Positions 56,780-64,000 of a stretch of 64,000 nt of DNA are shown here, piece after piece. The position numbers and the translations under genes are program-made. The notes below the pieces were generated by a model. That model saw nothing but the letters and a program-made list of their open reading frames with translations. It did not search any database and had not been told where the DNA came from. Every line of letters begins with the position of its first letter. The first letter of the stretch is position 1. Source of the DNA: Eledone cirrhosa (taxonomy: Eukaryota); NCBI GenBank assembly GCA_964016885.1, contig OZ024743.1:277574001-277638000 (forward strand). Direction: 5' to 3'.

Positions 56780-57185
56780 AGAAATGGCAAAGAAAACCCA
56801 CTTCACAGGCAACCCACTTCAAGGCTCAACAAGAAAAGTAATCATGAGTGAATGTCAGCAAAGCTCAAAAGCTATGGGTTAAAACACGAAGGCTATGCAA
56901 TCGACACAATGTGATGACTGTTGAGTACGCCAACTTTAGCTGCTAAGATCGCAGCTATATATACAGGGTATGATGGCAACACTTCGATATGAAAACTGAT
57001 GAGTAGCGGTATAAACAAGTATCAAACAGAGTACATGACAACAACTCTGTCACAATCAACTGGGATATGCCCATACAAACTGACAAAATGACCAAATCAA
57101 ACCACTGAAACATAATAATAAAGAACTGGAACAAACATATATGCATACTGATAGATGCTGCGATTCCCTCTGACCAAATTATTTA
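56780..57185 (+). mobile_element. Highly decayed R4/Dong-like RLE remnant
   Basis: Hand translation TINWDMPIQTDK..IIIK..CILIDAAIPSD. Confidence 0.6.
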
Positions 57186-58445
57186 GAGCAACCCTAAAGG
57201 GAGGTTACCCCTTTATACTTGCCACAAAATGGACTCCGCTAAGGATACACTAAGTCCAGGTGGTGGTGTTAAATTGGATATCGGATTAAGCCTACCACTC
57301 CCGTAGGCCACAGTGAGATTTGAACTCAGAATGCAAAACGTCGAAAGGCATCTCGACCGTTTCTCTAACAATTTCATTGAATCATCGCTCTGGACTGACA
57401 CATTATTTTATCGAACGTCTTTGCCTAAGGCTGAAAGCCAGAACAAGTACTGCATCCATTTTGTCCTACGCTATAATAACTCTGCCAATTCGCTGTTTAG
57501 ATTATAGCAAAATCAAACGAGAGCTTAATGTGATGTCCATGTCTTTCCCATGAGCATAGGTATCGTATATTTTCTTGAAACGGGATTTAAAACCAGCTCG
57601 TGTAATCGAGTAGTTTTACACTACAGTTCTATATGGGAACGTATATACGCTTAGTCCACTTGCAGCGAATCATCTCAGCAATAGGAAAACCTTCGGTTTT
57701 GGTGGTTTTCGTAGTTTGGAATATCAGATAAAAGATTCATAACTTGTAGTATTAGATGGAATTGAGAATTCTTGTCATTGATGCCTTTCCTTTCACATGG
57801 AGATTGTTTTTTGTTTTTGCAAAAGTGATTATGAATTTTAGTTTTCTTCCAGGAATGAGAGCCATACCGATAATTTGACTCACAAATGTCTGTCATAATT
57901 AAATGGTGATTGCTCAGTAATTTTGGATGAAATTAACTTGTATTTTCCTCTTTAATAAATGATTTGTTAAGCAGTGAATAAGAAAGAAAAAGAAGAAAAA
58001 GTGAAAATTCAAATAAAAAGGACAATATAAGGTTTATACAGCAAACTATTAATTGGTGACTGGTGGAAAGTAGAAATGATTAATAGGCTAAATACACATT
58101 CCCCAATATAACCAACTATCTATCTTTTACATGAACAAATATAAACAATATCTTGCAAATAACATATAACCACACACACACAGTACATATACCTAACATA
58201 AACACACATGCTGAAAAACACACATATAGACAAACACCGGTACACATGTACACACATACACTCAAACATACGGCATACACTCTTTCTCTATGTATATGTA
58301 TAAATACATACACAAACACTTACAGTCAAACACATATATGCATATACACATACATTGTTACAGATAAATGAGTTCTTTTTTTACTCTGCATGTATTTATC
58401 TGTACATATTCATATTATATTTTACACACGCGTGCACACACACAT

Positions 58446-58487
<42 letters not shown>

Positions 58488-58556
58488 GGTTACATAGAAA
58501 TATCTATTCACACTCACATACACACACACGTACACACACAGAAATACATATATATA

Positions 58557-58638
<82 letters not shown>

Positions 58639-58674
58639 AATATACACGGGTGTGTATGATTGTGTATAGAAGAT

Positions 58675-59070
58675 TATATTAATAAAAGGAATTCCAACGT
58701 TGTCTGATTTACTCGTTTTATTTACAATCCTTTAAAATTATAATGGTATTAGAATGAAATAGTATGGTAGAATATTAAATGTTAAGTGTTAATTGAACAA
58801 GTACTTTCATCCTTTCGCAATCTTCAGGTTCATATTCTGTGGTGACAGTCAAGTTGGCAAGTTTCAACTGTGAAAATTGCAAACTTGAAAAATTGCAAAC
58901 TTGACTGTCACCACAGAATGTGAACCTGAAGATTGCGAAAGCATGAAAGTACTTGTTCAATTAACACTTAACATTTAATATTCTACCAAACTATTTCATT
59001 ATAATATCATTATAATTTTAAAGGATTGTAAATAAAACGAGTAAATCAGACAAAGTTGGAATCCCTTTTA

Positions 59071-59078
<8 letters not shown>
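58675..59078. mobile_element. PLE pseudo-LTR palindrome (~186-bp arms)
   Basis: Arms 58675-58860 / 58893-59078 with few mismatches. Beside (TA)n. Confidence 0.85.
58921..58959 (+). ncRNA. 39-nt minimal hammerhead; mirror copy 58794-58832 (-)
   Basis: TGAAC-CTGAAGA-tTGC gaaa GCAt-GAAA-GTAC-TT^GTTCA. Confidence 0.8.
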
Positions 59079-59115
<37 letters not shown>

Positions 59116-59154
59116 CTAAATATTAATAAATGAAAAATATTCTCATAATCAAAA

Positions 59155-59217
59155 TATATTATTATACATATTTCAAAGGTACAATGGTGTTTAAGTACGT
59201 TTTCATCAGATAAAATA
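59155..59217 (-). ncRNA. Type I hammerhead (family C relative)
   Basis: TATTTTAT-CTGATGA-AAAcGTAC..GTACcTTT-GAAA-tatgta-TA^ATAATATA. Confidence 0.75.
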
Positions 59218-59328
59218 TATGAGAGTTGGATATGCGGCATACCGCTACGGTTTTGATTATTCAATTCCAATAGTAGCGCTGATTTATTTCACCAACCCTC
59301 AACGTTTTATACCACAAATACTATGATA

Positions 59329-59413
<85 letters not shown>

Positions 59414-59668
59414 CGTATGTTTCTACGTATGTATGTATGTATGTATGTATGTATGTATGTATGTATGTATGTATGTATGTATGTATGAATGTGTGTATGT
59501 GTGTTTGTACCAGAGTTTTCAAGTCGCTGGCTGGACTAAAAAGTCACACTCGTTCAGCGCATCGGTAGGGGTTCTCTTACAGGGATATAAACGAGTTGGC
59601 AGCCACCATGTATGTATGTATGTATGTATGTAGGTATGTATGTATGTATGTATGTATGTACAACCTGA

Positions 59669-60240
59669 CTCATGGTCGGGTCGTTGGCGACTAAACTGGC
59701 AACCCCACCAAGGTTTCTTGGTGAGGAGGGTGACTTTGGACATCCTGCAGGAATAAAAACAAAACCTGTCAAAGGGCAAAGGAGCTCTTAAGAGTCAATG
59801 GCCATCCAAAATCACCGGGAGAGATGACCCCTTAGCCATTGTCAAGGCAGAATTCTAGGAGAAGGAAAACTCCGATATAACACCTGCAACTCTGATGGTA
59901 TCCAATGATGTTGACTTGTGCTTCTTTTTGGTAAATATCATCTTGGTTAAGAGAGTGGGACTGGCTTTGTGCAGTGCCTTTGCTCACTATAAAAGCTTCA
60001 CGGCACAGGCATTGCTTTATATCTGGAGATCTCTCTGCACTTGTCGTCACATGGTACCATGGGCCCAGCACTATGTGTCAATAATTGTCACAATTGTAGT
60101 GTTTGTGCCAGAGTTTTCAAGTCGTTGGCTGGACTAGGAACTCACACTCATTCAGCGCATCGGTAGGAGTTCTCCTACATGGATATAAAGTAGTGGCCGT
60201 ACTCGAAAACGAGTTGGCAGCCACCATGTATGTATATATG
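59669..60240 (+). mobile_element. Apparently full-length RTE-derived non-autonomous element; 3' fragment at 59500-59608
   Basis: RTE-like 5' UTR motif (ctaggagaaggaaaactc) joined to C2H2 remnant, 3' hairpin and ATGT tail. Confidence 0.85.
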
Positions 60241-62092
60241 TTCTTCTGGTTTTATAATTTCACAAAGTTTTACCAATAGAGATAGAGTCGGTTTCTAACA
60301 TAGACACAAGATACTCTCATTGGAATTTACACAACATCAACTAGGTAGATATGTATGTATGTCTGCATGCATGCATGTGTAGATATGGATGTTATTGTAT
60401 GTGTGGATGTGTATGTTTTTAGTTGTATGTGTGCATGTGTATATGCTTTGTATCTGTACATGTGTATATGCAGTTATTAGATGCAATATTTTTGGAATGT
60501 TTTACATATTTTTACTGTTCCATTAATGGATTGTACTTGTAATTTCCTAACTAGTTGTGTTCTTTCTGTTCCTGTGAAGCCTAGCTTCTCAAGATTTGTA
60601 TTGAAGCAGTTACTAACATACCCCAGCGCCCCAATAATCACAGGCATACATCTAAAGGTGTAATCAGGGTGGAGTATCTGCAGATTTCTCATCAGTTCTG
60701 CATAAATATTCTCCTTTTCACTAATCTTTGATATTATATTGGCATCTGCTGGGCAGCTAATTTCCACTACTGTGCATGTTTTCTTCTCCCTGTCCCATAT
60801 CATAATATCTGGTCTGTTATGCCTGCATTTTATTGGGGTTTTTACTGGAACATTCCACCAGTACTCTTTCATATTATGTACATTGATGTCTTCCACATTG
60901 TTGTAGCTTTTAATATGTTTATTATCGGTGGTATCTTTTTTACGAACTGCATTGTCCAGTGTTTTGGCCACTACATCATGCCTCATAGGTAGATAGTACC
61001 GCGATGACATCTTTGGGCAGATGCTGATGACATGGGTGATATCCTCGATGTTAGTTCTGCAGAGTCTGCACATGTTATCACATCTAGGTGTTTTGCCTGA
61101 ATCCCTATCTCTTTTGTGAATCAGGTATTTCGTGCTAATCTCCTGTTCTTGGATTGCAAAAGCGTATCCTTCAAAGTGGGAGTCAATATAGCGGTTGTTG
61201 GTCCAAGATAGACTACTTTCCTTATCTACATTACTCTCACTCTGGAGCTTCCTGGCAACATATCCATGCATGATTTTTTGCTGATAGGCATGCAGTTTTT
61301 CATCCATGGATTCACTGCGATACTGCTGAGCGACATCCCTGGGTGTGAGTTTTTGATTATCACACAGGGAATATCTCTCAAGGAGTTCCTTCCCAACTCT
61401 CATGATCTTATCTGTTTCATGCAGATTGACTTGCTCGAGAAGCGGGCTCCTACGCTTCGAGGTTCGTAGATGTTGTCGGAGAGATATGATGCGACATTAA
61501 AATGTTGTCTGGACTGATGTTAGGCCTCTGCCTCCCTGCTTACGTTTCAAGTAAAGGCGGTCTATGTCACTTTTGATGTGGAAGTTTCCGGTGCTGTTCA
61601 GTATTTTTCGAGTTCCAACATCAACTGCTCGGATTCCGTCTATTTTCCAATCGAGTATTCCAAACGTTGGTGTTAGGACAGGCACAGCAAACACATTGTG
61701 AGCCACTGCTTTGTTTTGCGCAGAGAGTTCCGATGACCAGATCTTTCTTAATCGGGTGTAGTATTCCCTGGTTACGCGTTCTTTATTACAGATACCATTA
61801 TAGGATATGTTCTCATCTATCCCCAGGTATCTGTAGCAGTCCTCATCAGATATCGGTGAAACAGTTAGACCATTGATGACAATGTTGCTAGATTGGGTTG
61901 TTGTTTTCCCCCGCTTTAGAGTCATGTATGAGCATTTATCTTGGCCAAACTCCATTCCTATATCCTTTGAGAACGTTGTAACCAGGTCAAGATTTTTCTT
62001 CATCCCATCCATGTTCTTGGCATAGAGTTTCAGATCGTCCACAAAGAAGTTATGGGTTACGTTCGTATTTCTGTCTTCCTGTGAGCCAATGA
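60241..62092 (-). mobile_element. R4/Dong-like family 1, 5'-truncated (RT C-half, CCHC, RLE)
   Basis: ORF 61497-62042 (VDDLKLY, YRYLG, GGRGL) and ORF 60477-61403 (CRLC..HVISIC, RHD, RPDI..VEISCP..K). (TATG)n flanks. Confidence 0.93.
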
Positions 62093-62630
62093 TGTATGTA
62101 TGTATGTATGTATGTATGTATGTATGTATGTATGTATGTATGTATGTATGTATGTATGTATGTATGTATGTGTGTGTGTGTACGTTTAGTCTTTGTTGGA
62201 TTCAACGAAGGCTTTAGTTGATTGTATATTTTTAAAAATTGAATATAAAGCTATTATATTATTCTTCTCTCGGGAATAAATGGCTTCGGTAAAACAATTC
62301 TTGTTTCATTTAAGATTTTTCAAAACCTGTATTTTGGAGAGTGTCTGTAAAATATAAGGATGGGTCCGGTAAAACATCGTATAAGGGTTGTGCGGCAAAA
62401 TAATTTTGACACCCAAATATATTATTAAAAACACACGTGGGAGAAATATAGGGAACAGAAACCGCGGAAAAGACAAGCACATGGCCAATTTTACGTTCAT
62501 CGTCTGTCTCTCTGGGGATCATTATAGTTTCGGATGCTTTATAAGACAGAAATGTTCACCCCCAGTACATCAATAGAAACTACAGAGCTATCCATGGATT
62601 GAAATAACGGACGTTGGACAACAAAACAAG

Positions 62631-62701
<71 letters not shown>

Positions 62702-62726
62702 GCACACGCACGCACACGCACGCACG

Positions 62727-62797
<71 letters not shown>

Positions 62798-63452
62798 CAA
62801 AACAAGAAGAAATATCTACATACGGATATGGGACAGGAAAATTGTTACAATGGAAAGCAACACAGATAAGGGCTAGATAACCGTAGTAGAAATGAAGGAA
62901 TGAATTAAATTAATACTAGTTTGAGTAGTAGCCCTAGAACTGATATTAATAGTAGAGACATGGCGCAGATGAGTGATTAGGCCGGTGTTAAACTGCAAAA
63001 GGCTAAGACAAAGGATTTGAAAGGAAGGGCAGTGTTAAGAATGGGGTAGAGGGAGAGAAACGATAGGTAGATGGATATAGAGGGAGAAATAGAGATAGAT
63101 AGATAGACGGAAAAATGGAGAGAAAGCAGGAGATAGAGTGTCATAGCAGTAGTAAAGAACAGTTTGATATAAAAATTAGGCTGTATAGTTATAATGGTTT
63201 CTGATTTTTAAATAATGGCTTCTGTTTACTGTGTGGTTATAATAAAATGTAAAAGATAAACACGCGGAAGAAATACAGGAAGGAGAAAACGCGGAATAGA
63301 CAAGTATTTGAACAATTCCATCTCATCGGCTGTCTTTCTGGAGATCACTATAGTTTCGGTATAAGGCAGGACTATTCACCCCTTGTAAATCTACAGAAAC
63401 CACGGAGTTATTATCTATGGATGAAAGCACAACGGACGTTCGATAAAAAGGT

Positions 63453-63536
63453 CTGATGAGCTTTAGATTCCAGAATCGGGTCCAATCGATAGAGATCGAA
63501 CCTTGAGCTGATCAATCGCGAAACGCGCGTCAGAGC
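63453..63536 (+). ncRNA. Degenerate hammerhead-like motif (stem I does not pair)
   Basis: CTGATGA-GC...GC-GAAA-CGCGCG-TC. Confidence 0.45.
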
Positions 63537-63675
63537 TGAATAAACTTATTGAAAATTTGACACTTCGTCCATACTTATTATTATTACACTCTGCTGAATA
63601 CAAAAATCCCAAGTACATATTGTAGACTACGCATCGAGGGCTTACTTTTAACCTGTATATACGTAAATATATATT

Positions 63676-63734
<59 letters not shown>

Positions 63735-63819
63735 GTTATTCCGGGTTGAATCGGAGGTAACCACAGTAAGTAAGGTACTCAATACATAGCAGAGTATAAT
63801 AGTTTCATTCAATAGAAAT

Positions 63820-63886
<67 letters not shown>

Positions 63887-63926
63887 AAATCAAAGAACGC
63901 CTATATACTTTTATACAACTTTTATT

Positions 63927-63973
63927 CGCTGACAATGTTTCATCCATACCGTGGGGCAGGAATCATCAGAGCG
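63927..63973 (-). ncRNA. Minimal type I hammerhead
   Basis: CGCT-CTGATGA-tTCC TGCC ccac GGTA t GGAt-GAAA-CATTG-TC^AGCG. Confidence 0.8.
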
Positions 63974-64000
63974 TTATAAACAAAAATATAGTGCTGAATA

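Noticed and set aside
59669-59730. HDV-like ribozyme at the 5' end of the RTE-derived element
   Set aside because: RTE 5' UTRs often carry one, but I could not build the nested double pseudoknot by hand; needs a descriptor search.

Overview
AT-rich animal DNA packed with microsatellites and transposon relics. The dominant tRNA-type SINE suggests an octopod cephalopod (inference). No host protein-coding gene can be supported; almost all listed ORFs are microsatellite translations. Real coding remnants are all from transposons: R4/Dong-type non-LTR elements with a restriction-like endonuclease (RLE), Tx1/L1, RTE, three Penelope-like (PLE) GIY-YIG endonuclease ends, Tc1/mariner and a hAT-like element. 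There are also piggyBac- and Tigger-type MITEs and a non-autonomous Helitron. The main hidden layer is about 21 hand-foldable type I hammerhead ribozyme (HHR) motifs plus about 5 degenerate ones, from at least 10 unrelated sequence families. Most lie in short non-coding fold-back (palindromic) inserts in (TA)n tracts, and three lie just downstream of GIY-YIG ORFs. One family has a fixed variant core (CAGAAGA), several close stem II with U.U, and one fold-back turns at the predicted cleavage site. Retroelement families appear partitioned by microsatellite: PLE in (TA)n, R4-like in (CATA)n, Tx1 in (TATC)n. All folds and alignments were done by eye, and activity is untested.
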